Shown piece after piece: positions 1 through 7,455 of a stretch of 20,000 nucleotides of DNA. The stretch's first letter is position 1. Every line of letters begins with the position of its first letter. The stretch is taken from IMG/VR virus record IMGVR_UViG_3300049255_000542, one strand, 5' to 3'. The notes beneath the pieces were generated by a model. The model saw only the letters and a list, made by a program, of their open reading frames with translations, was not told the DNA's origin and made no database searches. The translations under genes were made by a program, and so were the position numbers. Origin of the DNA: an uncultured virus (IMG/VR IMGVR_UViG_3300049255_000542) (taxonomy: Duplodnaviria > Heunggongvirae > Uroviricota > Caudoviricetes).

Positions 1-257
1 ACGAGCAACGCCTGGAGGCGATCCCTTAACCACGCATCAACACGCTTTACGCGACCACGAATGATGTTCTCGAAGGTGCCGCTCCCAACTCGAAGCCGGC
101 GCGCCGTCCGTCGCCGCGCGACTTCGACGGTTGAGCCTTTTGCCCGCTCGATCCGCTCAAGAGAGCGTGCGTGATCACGCGCGCTGTCCATTGCGGCGGT
201 CGGACTCATCCCGGCGCCCTCCGCTGGCTGATTTCTCCCGAAACTCTGGATGTCCAC
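1..257 (-). CDS. CII-position HTH protein (partial, runs off the window)
   Basis: Manually translated, absent from the ORF track. GTG at 257 after AAGGAG (alternative ATG at 209): MDIQSFGRNQPAEGAGMSPTAAMDSARDHARSLERIERAKGSTVEVARRRTARRLRVGSGTFENIIRGRVKRVDAWLRDRLQALL. HTH-like segment; lies downstream of cro. Confidence 0.7.
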   Translation of the reverse strand, partial: MDIQSFGRNQPAEGAGMSPTAAMDSARDHARSLERIERAKGSTVEVARRRTARRLRVGSGTFENIIRGRVKRVDAWLRDRLQALL

Positions 258-381
258 GACACCGCTCCTTTGCCATGATGCCCGTGTTGAGAACGACGGC
301 ATCGCGGCGATGCAGCCTGCCAGGGCACGCATCGACGGCGGCGAGAGGAGATTGCGTGATGGAATGGGGATACGATCGCGC

Positions 382-630
382 TCATGCTGCGCTTGCTCCC
401 CTTGCTTTGACGCGACGTTGCGGCCAGTGCTTGTCGAACCAGTCCATGAACCGGCCGTAGAGATCGACGGTGAAATTGCCGCCAGCCTCGATCCGGCTGA
501 GTGCGGCGCCATCATTGACCGCGAGCTTCCCGATTTCTGATTTCGACTTGCCGGTCAGGCGGCCGAATTCATCCGCGCGCCCTACAAGGGCATCCCTGAT
601 TTCTTGCTTGGTGAGGAAACGTCGCGCCAT
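382..630 (-). CDS. cro: Cro-like HTH regulator
   Basis: 82 aa with HTH-like segment SKSEIGKLAVNDGAALSRIEAGGNFT; divergent from the cI-like gene. Confidence 0.8.
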   Translation of the reverse strand: MARRFLTKQEIRDALVGRADEFGRLTGKSKSEIGKLAVNDGAALSRIEAGGNFTVDLYGRFMDWFDKHWPQRRVKARGASAA

Positions 631-641
631 TTGAGGGACGG

Positions 642-670
642 ACGATATTGGATATGTCCAAACTTGTCAA
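642..670 (-). promoter_or_regulatory. PR-like sigma70 promoter with an operator in its spacer
   Basis: Minus strand TTGACA (670-665), 17 bp, TATCGT (647-642). The spacer contains the palindrome TTGGATATGTCCAA (648-661). Confidence 0.8.
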
Positions 671-728
671 TTGGATGGTTAAGCCCCACGACCAGACTCA
701 GTTTTTGCCCGCACTGGACTGGTCCAAG

Positions 729-1466
729 ATGGCGCGCGATCTCCTTGAACCGCTCGATACTCGAATCATCGTCACCCGCATCCGCGACCAGATGAAGTCG
801 CGTGGCACGAACGCGTCTGCGGTCTCGCGCGAAGCGCACCTTGGTGGCACCGCCGTCCACGATATCGTGAGCGGCAAAAACAAAAATCCGTCGATCCCGA
901 TGATGCTCGCGATCGCGCGCGCGCTTCACTGCGATGTCGGTTATTTGATCGGCGAACAGCCGATGCCGACAATGGGTTTCAACGAAGACACGTCACCCAT
1001 CCCGATCGCCGGTTTTGCTGAGACCGGCGCGTTCAGGCAGATGCTCGATTTCGATCAGCTTGAGCACAACGCGCCGACAGTGCACGCACCGCGCAGCACC
1101 GCGTATCCACTCGCGCGTCACTTCGCGCTGGAAGTCCGCGGCGACTCGATGAACGCGGCAAAGCCAACGCCAATAGTCGAGGGAATGTTCGCGCTTTGCG
1201 TCGATATCATCGACGCCGAGCTCATGGTCGAGAGCGGGCGCATCTATGCCGTTCGCCGGACACTCGACGGCGGATCGACGTGGGAGTGCACGATCAAGCG
1301 CGCGAAGGTCTACCGAAACCGGATCGAACTCGTACCCGAATCATCGAACGTGCTGCACCAAAAAATCGTCATCATGCGCGACACAGACCCGTCGTCGCAC
1401 ACGAATGAAGTTGCCGCCATCGGTCTGGTCTATGGCCTCTACAGTTCGTTTGAGGAGCCCAGGTGA
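729..1466 (+). CDS. cI: CI/LexA-family phage repressor (HTH + S24 autopeptidase)
   Basis: N-terminal HTH (ASAVSREAHLGGTAVHDIVSGKNKNPS), catalytic Ser motif VRGDSMN and Lys motif TIKR. ATG 729 is preferred because the upstream in-frame region holds the operator/promoter. Confidence 0.92.
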   Translation: MARDLLEPLDTRIIVTRIRDQMKSRGTNASAVSREAHLGGTAVHDIVSGKNKNPSIPMMLAIARALHCDVGYLIGEQPMPTMGFNEDTSPIPIAGFAETGAFRQMLDFDQLEHNAPTVHAPRSTAYPLARHFALEVRGDSMNAAKPTPIVEGMFALCVDIIDAELMVESGRIYAVRRTLDGGSTWECTIKRAKVYRNRIELVPESSNVLHQKIVIMRDTDPSSHTNEVAAIGLVYGLYSSFEEPR

Positions 1467-1470
1467 AGCC

Positions 1471-1626
1471 GGGGACACGCGGGGACATCGGGGACATGGC
1501 GCGGTTTTTGCAATTTTACTCAGACCTATAACTGACTCAGAACTAGCTCAGATTAAGGGGACGCTTAAGCGTCCCCTTTCTGATTCTCAGTAGAAGCGTC
1601 CAAGGGCGATTCGGCCGGCTGTCCCC
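1471..1626. repeat. Intergenic repeat cluster: six GGGGAC copies and four CTCAG copies
   Basis: GGGGAC at 1471, 1481, 1490 and 1557; GTCCCC at 1571 and 1621; CTCAG at 1519, 1536, 1547 and 1586. Confidence 0.7.
1548..1585 (+). terminator. Strong hairpin downstream of cI, possible intrinsic terminator
   Basis: Perfect 24-bp palindrome AAGGGGACGCTTAAGCGTCCCCTT (1555-1578), extended by TCAGA/TCTGA, with only a short T-rich tail. Confidence 0.5.
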
Positions 1627-1633
1627 AAGGCCG

Positions 1634-1684
1634 TTGGATATGTCCATTTCTCCTGTTGACACGTTGGATATATCCAATCATACT
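1634..1684 (+). promoter_or_regulatory. PL-like sigma70 promoter with two operators
   Basis: TTGACA (1656-1661), 17 bp, CATACT (1679-1684). Operators TTGGATATGTCCAT (1634-1647) and TTGGATATATCCAA (1664-1677). Confidence 0.85.
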
Positions 1685-1709
1685 CCCTCCACGATCCTTG
1701 GAGGGCACC

Positions 1710-2252
1710 ATGACCGCACCCGACACGTTCCAGCCAATCGGCGCTGTCGCCGCCCGCATTGTCCACCTCATCAACCCGCGTCGTGGCCGTGACCTGGCCC
1801 GAGGCCGTCGCATGGGCGAAGCCGTGCGGGCGGCTGGCGGCGGCGCCATGGACGCTGCACTCGCCAACATCGACGGCGCCTTCAACGAGGCTGCGGTCAT
1901 CAACGGGTTCAAGATGCGGGTCGAGCGGATGCTGGTTCTCGGCGCCGATCATCCGGCAGTCCGCGCAAAGTACGGCAAGCGCGCCGACATGCTCCGCCAC
2001 GACGACATCGACGGCGCGATCATCCGTGTCGAAAGCTGGTATCGGACGGAGCGAAAGGCGTTCCAGATCGCGTCGGCGCTCGGCGGCGGCAACCGCCTTA
2101 GCGTCGAGGTTCTTGCCGAACTCCGGCTGATCCTCCGGCTGATCCGCGCGAGCGCCCGCCGCGCCGACTATCCCAAGATTCTCGAAACCGTGCGCGGAGG
2201 CAATCCCTTCGAACATCGCACGGTCAATCGCAGCCCGGTCGCCGCGGAGTAG
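1710..2252 (+). CDS. Hypothetical protein, first gene of the early operon
   Basis: ATG 1710 preceded by GGAGG; 180 aa, no recognised motif. Confidence 0.8.
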   Translation: MTAPDTFQPIGAVAARIVHLINPRRGRDLARGRRMGEAVRAAGGGAMDAALANIDGAFNEAAVINGFKMRVERMLVLGADHPAVRAKYGKRADMLRHDDIDGAIIRVESWYRTERKAFQIASALGGGNRLSVEVLAELRLILRLIRASARRADYPKILETVRGGNPFEHRTVNRSPVAAE

Positions 2253-2256
2253 CGCG

Positions 2257-2475
2257 ATGCAGCCGGACAGTTGGCGGGGTGGCGCAGCCAGGATAGCGCG
2301 GCAGGCTCATAACCTGCAGGTCGGCGGTTCAAATCCGTCTCCCGCAACCAATTCAGAGCTCGGCGGTCCGACCGTCAGCATGTCGGCATCGTCGGGCCTG
2401 GCGCTTGCCGCGCTGGTGATCACCGTCGTGGCGATCGCGTTCCTATTCGCCTTCACCGGGGTGCGGCCGTCATGA
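2257..2475 (+). CDS. Putative small membrane protein whose ORF contains the tRNA
   Basis: GGAG upstream, starts 4 nt after the previous stop, stop overlaps the next ATG (ATGA 2472-2475). C-terminal hydrophobic helix GLALAALVITVVAIAFLFAF; alternative ATG at 2380. Confidence 0.45.
   Translation: MQPDSWRGGAARIARQAHNLQVGGSNPSPATNSELGGPTVSMSASSGLALAALVITVVAIAFLFAFTGVRPS
2273..2350 (+). tRNA. Phage tRNA-Met(CAT), initiator (fMet)-like
   Basis: Cloverleaf: acceptor GGCGGGG/TCCCGCA, D stem GCGC/GCGC, anticodon arm GCAGG-CTCATAA-CCTGC, T arm GGCGG-TTCAAAT-CCGTC, encoded ACCA end. Confidence 0.9.
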
Positions 2476-2762
2476 CCGGCAGCAACCCGTTCTCGCTCGA
2501 AGGCGCGCTTGAGATCATCAAGCCGCACAACGATCGCATCCTGGCCGAAGCGCGGCTTGCCGAAGCCGAGGATCGGCTTAAGGCCGCGAACCGGATTATC
2601 GCCGAACAGGTCACTGCAATTGCCAGTGCGCACGCGGTACTCCGACAAATCGAGGGTGGTTACTTTCCGGGTGCTGCCGCGGCGGCGCTCAATGGGACGC
2701 TTGCAGAAAAGCTTCAAGAAATTGCGCGCGCAGAGCTCGCCAAGATCGAAGGCCGGGCGTGA
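2472..2762 (+). CDS. Hypothetical coiled-coil phage protein
   Basis: 96 aa, helical Ala/Glu-rich, overlapping start/stop codons on both sides. Confidence 0.75.
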   Translation: MTGSNPFSLEGALEIIKPHNDRILAEARLAEAEDRLKAANRIIAEQVTAIASAHAVLRQIEGGYFPGAAAAALNGTLAEKLQEIARAELAKIEGRA

Positions 2763-3772
2763 TGACGTTGGCCTATCAGATCAACACGAATCCGATGGGT
2801 ACGGGTCTTCACTTCGACGTGCCGGCATCGGTCTATTTTGCTGACCCATGCGTGGTGCCATCGCTCACGCAATCGGTCGCGAAGATCCTCATCGGGCAGT
2901 CCCCAGCGCACGCGCGCTTGGAGCATCCGCGTCTCGCGCCTCCGAAAGACGAAGAGGACGAAGAGCCGGAGAAATACGTTACGGCCACCGCCATCGGCAA
3001 TGCGGCGCACGCGTTGCTCATCGGCCGCGGCAAGGACGTGATTGTTGGCGACTTCCCGAACTGGAAGTCAGGTGACGCGCGAAAATTCCGCGATGATCCG
3101 GCGCACGCCGACAAGGTTGTGATCCTCAAGAAGCACATGCGACGCGCCGACGCGATGGTGTCGGCGTTCCGTGACCAGCTTCTCCGAGTCCCGGAGACTG
3201 CGAACGCCTTCACGGGCGGTCGCGGCGAGGTCGTGGCGATCGCGGATCAGGGCGGCATCGTCATCCTGCGCACCATGATCGACTGGCTGCATGACGACAT
3301 GCGGACCATCGACGATCTGAAAACAACGGGCATGTCCGCCGCGCCACACTCGATCCCGTCAAAGATGGTTGACGAAGGGTGGGACATTCAGGCCGCGATC
3401 CAAGAACGCATATTGGACGTGATCGACCCTGACGGTGCCGGTCGGCGCAAGCATCGGTTCTACGCCCAGGAGAACTACGAGCCCTTCGCGGTGACGCCGC
3501 ACGAATTGCCCGAGTCGACGATGACGATGGGCCGCAAGAAACTCGACATGGCGATCGCGCTTTGGACGCGTGCGATGAACAGCGGCGAGTGGCCCGCATA
3601 TCCGCCGATGATCAATCGGCCAGACTACCCCTCATTCAACGAAACTCAGTGGCTCGCGCGCGAAATGGATTTTGCCGAGCTCGGCATCACCACGGCGCCA
3701 GCACCGGAGTGGTCTTTGCGCGACGAAAGCCCGCGCAGCCCACGGATGCTGACGGATTTGTCGGGCGGATAA
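2759..3772 (+). CDS. PD-(D/E)XK exonuclease, RecE/ExoVIII-like (DUF3799-type)
   Basis: Motifs SLTQS, GNAAHALL, TMIDWL..IDDLKTT, WDIQAA, WPAYP; adjacent to a recombinase-like ATPase. Confidence 0.85.
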   Translation: MMTLAYQINTNPMGTGLHFDVPASVYFADPCVVPSLTQSVAKILIGQSPAHARLEHPRLAPPKDEEDEEPEKYVTATAIGNAAHALLIGRGKDVIVGDFPNWKSGDARKFRDDPAHADKVVILKKHMRRADAMVSAFRDQLLRVPETANAFTGGRGEVVAIADQGGIVILRTMIDWLHDDMRTIDDLKTTGMSAAPHSIPSKMVDEGWDIQAAIQERILDVIDPDGAGRRKHRFYAQENYEPFAVTPHELPESTMTMGRKKLDMAIALWTRAMNSGEWPAYPPMINRPDYPSFNETQWLAREMDFAELGITTAPAPEWSLRDESPRSPRMLTDLSGG

Positions 3773-3785
3773 CAGGGAGCGTGCA

Positions 3786-5021
3786 ATGAACAAGCCTATT
3801 CTGACCGAAGAATTTGCAGAGGCCGTGCGCCAGCAAACCAACGTGTTGCTCGGTCTCGCCGGAGCATCAGGCACCGGCAAGACGCTCACGGCGCTGCGCA
3901 TCGCGCGCGGTCTTGTTGATGGCGACGACAGCAAGATCGCCGTCGCCGACACGGAAGGTGGACGCGCGAAGCATTACGCTCCTGGCCCCGGTGAAAAGCC
4001 CGGCGACCGTCTGTTCGGCTTCCGCCACAAGTTGATGGAGCCGCCGTTCACTCCGGAGCTATTCCGCGCCACGGCGATGGCCGCAGAGCAAGCGGGCTTC
4101 GGCGTGCTGATCTTCGATACCGCCAGCGACGAATACGAGGGCGAAGGCGGTCTGCAAATGATGCACGAGGCGGCGCTTCTGCGCATGGCGAAAAAGCCGT
4201 CGTTAGAAGACGTCGAGCAATGGCAGTTCGACAAGCTGAACGCGCCTGCTTGGTCGATCCCGAAACAACAGCACAAGAAGCTGTTGATGGCGCGCCTGCG
4301 CATCATGCGCATCCACCTGATTTTCTGCCTGCGCGCTGAGGACAAGATCAAATTCGTCAAGGTGCTGGACCCGGAGACTAACCGCGAGAAAACGAAAATC
4401 CAGAACGCCGGTTGGGTGCCGATCTGTGAGAAGCGGTTCATGTACGACATGACCGTCTCGATGACGTTCTCTCCGGAGAACCCCGGCGTGCCGCTGATGA
4501 AAGACGGCAACGCCATGTACGGCAAGATGCCGGCGCATCTGTTGCCCGCCTTCGAGGAAGGCAAGCGGATCACCGAAGAGACTGGACGCAAACTCGCGCT
4601 GTGGGCGAACGGCGGCTCATTGGTCGGCGGCGCGGCGGCGACGATCGGCGGTGGTGATGATCCGGTCCTGTCATCGGGTCGCGTTGCCGCCAAGAAAGGC
4701 ACGCCCGCCTTGCGCCAGTGGTGGGAAAGCATCGGCGCGCAACAGCAAAAGCGGCTAGTCGGCTTGCTCCGCTCCGAGCTCCAGCCAGCGGCCACGAAGA
4801 TCGACGAGCAAAGCATCAGTTTCGACGATCCGGCAACGAAGCCTGCGCAGTCCGACACTGAGGCGCTGATTGCACTCGACCGCGATCTCTCCGACGCGGC
4901 TGAAAAGGGTACTGCGGAACTGACCAAGGTTTGGGAGGGATTGTCGGCCGAGAGCCGCGAACGCCTGCAAAGCGGTTTCGACCAACGCCACAAGCCTCGC
5001 GCGGCACAAGTCGCAGCGTAG
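3786..5021 (+). CDS. Sak4-like (AAA_24) phage recombination ATPase
   Basis: Walker A GASGTGKT, DTE motif, Walker B VLIFDT, LIFCLRA and FMYDMT motifs. Confidence 0.85.
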   Translation: MNKPILTEEFAEAVRQQTNVLLGLAGASGTGKTLTALRIARGLVDGDDSKIAVADTEGGRAKHYAPGPGEKPGDRLFGFRHKLMEPPFTPELFRATAMAAEQAGFGVLIFDTASDEYEGEGGLQMMHEAALLRMAKKPSLEDVEQWQFDKLNAPAWSIPKQQHKKLLMARLRIMRIHLIFCLRAEDKIKFVKVLDPETNREKTKIQNAGWVPICEKRFMYDMTVSMTFSPENPGVPLMKDGNAMYGKMPAHLLPAFEEGKRITEETGRKLALWANGGSLVGGAAATIGGGDDPVLSSGRVAAKKGTPALRQWWESIGAQQQKRLVGLLRSELQPAATKIDEQSISFDDPATKPAQSDTEALIALDRDLSDAAEKGTAELTKVWEGLSAESRERLQSGFDQRHKPRAAQVAA

Positions 5022-5025
5022 CGCC

Positions 5026-5499
5026 ATGACATACGCCCAACAACTCAGCGCGCATTATGCCGCTGTACGTCTCCGGCTCCACGGGCCGATGCGGAAGCAG
5101 TTCGTGCCGGTGAGGCCCGCGCCGATCGAGCCGCTGCCCGTGGAGCCGGAACCACCTTCGATAACGGTGCTGACCGAGCGCGAGCGCATCGCCGCCTGCA
5201 TCCGCACATCGCGCGAATTGATCGCTGCAACTCCTCCCGGCTGGAAGAAGCTGACGTTGATCGTCCGCGCGGTCGCCGCCGTCTACGGAATCACGCCCGC
5301 GGAAATTACCGGGCCAAGCCGCCTCCATCGGATTGTCGAGCCGCGTCACGTCGGGATGGCAATTGCCTATCAGCTGCTCCGCTGCGGCACGCCCGCAGTT
5401 GGCCAGGCGTTCGGCGACCGCGACCACACGTGCGTCTTGCTCGCAGGCCGAAAGTTCGGAGCGAAGATCGCAGCGATCATTGAGGAGGAAGGGGAATGA
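5026..5499 (+). CDS. Stand-alone DnaA C-terminal (domain IV) HTH protein
   Basis: VAAVYGITPAEITGPSR..IVEPRHVGMAIAYQL...PAVGQAFGDRDHTCVL matches the DnaA domain IV signature (SR, PRQ.AMY, IG..FG.RDHTTV); no AAA+ domain. Confidence 0.88.
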   Translation: MTYAQQLSAHYAAVRLRLHGPMRKQFVPVRPAPIEPLPVEPEPPSITVLTERERIAACIRTSRELIAATPPGWKKLTLIVRAVAAVYGITPAEITGPSRLHRIVEPRHVGMAIAYQLLRCGTPAVGQAFGDRDHTCVLLAGRKFGAKIAAIIEEEGE

Positions 5500-5864
5500 C
5501 AACGGCGGCATACGAGGGTTGGGCGCTTGTCGAGCAAATGGGCTTTCGGCGCACGATCGCGAAAGTCTGCGAGGTTGAACAGTACGGCACGAAGATGCTG
5601 CGCCTCGACGTTCCGTTTTGGAACGGCGGCGACGAAGACAGGCTGTCGGCACCGGCCGGCTACTCGACGCTCTTTGCTGGCGGCCCGTCGCTCTATCAGG
5701 TCTCGCCGCTCGATGACGAACTCGCCTTGAGCCAGGCGCGGCGACAAGCCGACCCGCGGCCGGTGCGCCCCGTTCAGTACCGCCTCGAAGACCAGCGGAT
5801 GCAGGGCGACAGCGCGCCAGCAGCAAATGACCACGACGACTACGGCGCGGGAGAAGACGAATGA
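5496..5864 (+). CDS. Conserved hypothetical phage protein
   Basis: WALVEQMGFRR..EVEQYGTKMLRLDVP beta-rich motif; ATGA coupling. Confidence 0.8.
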   Translation: MTTAAYEGWALVEQMGFRRTIAKVCEVEQYGTKMLRLDVPFWNGGDEDRLSAPAGYSTLFAGGPSLYQVSPLDDELALSQARRQADPRPVRPVQYRLEDQRMQGDSAPAANDHDDYGAGEDE

Positions 5865-6217
5865 CCATCGAACGCTTTGACGGCATCGAGAAGTGGGCGA
5901 CGCTCACACCGAAACAGCAAGCCGCGATCGGCGCCGCGGCACTCGAATACTCTGCCGGGTTTCTCGCGGTGGAAGCGTTCGAGGCCGATGAAGGCGGCAG
6001 CAACGTGATCCATCGTGCGGCTGCGGCGAATGATGCGGCCTTGGCCGGCGCGCTTTTCAACACGGTAAAGGTCGCTTTTCCAGAAACGCTTTTCGGCGAC
6101 GTGGTGCCGTCGCGCATCGGCGGTGTCTGCCGCAAGTGCGGCTGCACCGAGTACGACGCCTGCGAAGGCGGATGCTCCTGGGCCGAAGAAGACCTGTGCA
6201 GTGCGTGCGCTCCATGA
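5861..6217 (+). CDS. Hypothetical protein with C-terminal Cys-rich zinc-binding motif
   Basis: CRKCGCTEYDACEGGCSWAEEDLCSAC; ATGA coupling at both ends. Confidence 0.8.
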   Translation: MTIERFDGIEKWATLTPKQQAAIGAAALEYSAGFLAVEAFEADEGGSNVIHRAAAANDAALAGALFNTVKVAFPETLFGDVVPSRIGGVCRKCGCTEYDACEGGCSWAEEDLCSACAP

Positions 6218-7452
6218 CTGACAAGCGCACCATTCACCTTGGCTATGAGCTCGGCACCGGCGCGCCGATCGCCGTGCCGCTGCTCAATCTCGCCGTGACC
6301 GGGCAGACGCAAGAGAGCGGCAAGACCACGACGCTCGAAGCACTGGCGACGCGATCGGGCGCGCAGGTAATCACGTTCGTCACCAAACGCGGCGAAGGCT
6401 CGTTCGCCGATGGTCGGCGCATTCAGCCGTATTTCCGCGATCGCGCCGACTGGCAATTCGTTGACGCGATTCTCGAAGCGGCGCTCGGCGAGAAGAACAA
6501 GTACCTGCGCCAGTTTTTGATTCCGATCTGCCGGAAGACGAAGACGCTGGCAGACGTCCAGGCCGCGGTGCGTACCGGCTTGAAGAAAGCCCACGGTCAG
6601 AAAGAAGGCGCGCTGATCCAGCTTGACGCCTATCTCGAATTGATCGTGCCGGACATTGCACGCGCCCGACTCGCACCATCGCTCGATCTGGCGATCGGCG
6701 TGAACGTCATGGACGTGTCGGACTTCTCGACGCCGATGCAAATGCTGTTCGTGCAATCGGCGCTTGATTGGGTGAACGAGCGCGAGCGCAACACCGTCGT
6801 GGTAATTCCGGAGGCTTGGGAGTTCATCCCGGAAGGCAAAGGATCGCCAGTCAAGTCCGCAGCGGTCACGCTGGTACGCAAAGGCTCCGGCATCGGCAAC
6901 CGCATTTGGGTCGATAGGACGCCCGAAGAAGCCACTGCACTCCGCCAGCGCAACACCGAGCTCGAGGAGCACGTTGCGGAATTGTCGTCGCAGGTCCGCG
7001 ACCTGACCGCCCGACTGAACGGCAAAGAGGCGCCACCAGTATCGAAGACGATAGAGCGACCGGCGCCGACAATGGCGGCCGATCACGCGACTGTCGCTTC
7101 GATGGATGCGATCTATGCCGAGATCAAGCGGCGTGCGCTCGCCGATCCCGGCATGATTGCCGCCATCAGTATCGCACGGCCGGAGATCGAAGTTCGAGTC
7201 GAGAAGAAGCGCATCGAGATCGACGGCACCACGTCGAAGGGCCGCATCGCCAAGCTTCTCGCCGAAGGCTTCTACGATGGCGGCAAGACCAACAGCGCCA
7301 CGCGCACGGAGCTCAAGCGCACCGGCGCCGACGTGAACAACGCCAACATCGACCGCGTACTCACCGAGCTTCTGCGCGACGGATTCCTGACGCTGGAAGG
7401 CGGTTCGTATCTCGCGGTGGCGGGCGCGAAGGTCAACATCGTCGAGGCGTGA
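6214..7452 (+). CDS. HerA/FtsK-like P-loop ATPase with coiled coil and C-terminal wHTH-like region (ATPase domain may be internally deleted)
   Basis: IHLG N-terminus, LAVTGQTQESGKTT, VVVIPEAWEFIP, Arg-finger-like VRKG; ATG 6214 overlaps the previous stop. Confidence 0.75.
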   Translation: MTDKRTIHLGYELGTGAPIAVPLLNLAVTGQTQESGKTTTLEALATRSGAQVITFVTKRGEGSFADGRRIQPYFRDRADWQFVDAILEAALGEKNKYLRQFLIPICRKTKTLADVQAAVRTGLKKAHGQKEGALIQLDAYLELIVPDIARARLAPSLDLAIGVNVMDVSDFSTPMQMLFVQSALDWVNERERNTVVVIPEAWEFIPEGKGSPVKSAAVTLVRKGSGIGNRIWVDRTPEEATALRQRNTELEEHVAELSSQVRDLTARLNGKEAPPVSKTIERPAPTMAADHATVASMDAIYAEIKRRALADPGMIAAISIARPEIEVRVEKKRIEIDGTTSKGRIAKLLAEGFYDGGKTNSATRTELKRTGADVNNANIDRVLTELLRDGFLTLEGGSYLAVAGAKVNIVEA

Positions 7453-7455
7453 TCA

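Noticed and set aside
648..728. Upstream start for cI
   Set aside because: The TTG lies inside the operator and cro promoter; the HTH domain begins after ATG 729.
1553..1568. Possible CtrA box TTAA..TTAA
   Set aside because: The spacer is 8 nt (GGGGACGC), not the canonical 7, and it is explained by the hairpin.
4816..7086. 756-aa minus-strand ORF
   Set aside because: Antisense shadow of several well-supported plus-strand genes in high-GC DNA; Arg-rich, no motifs.
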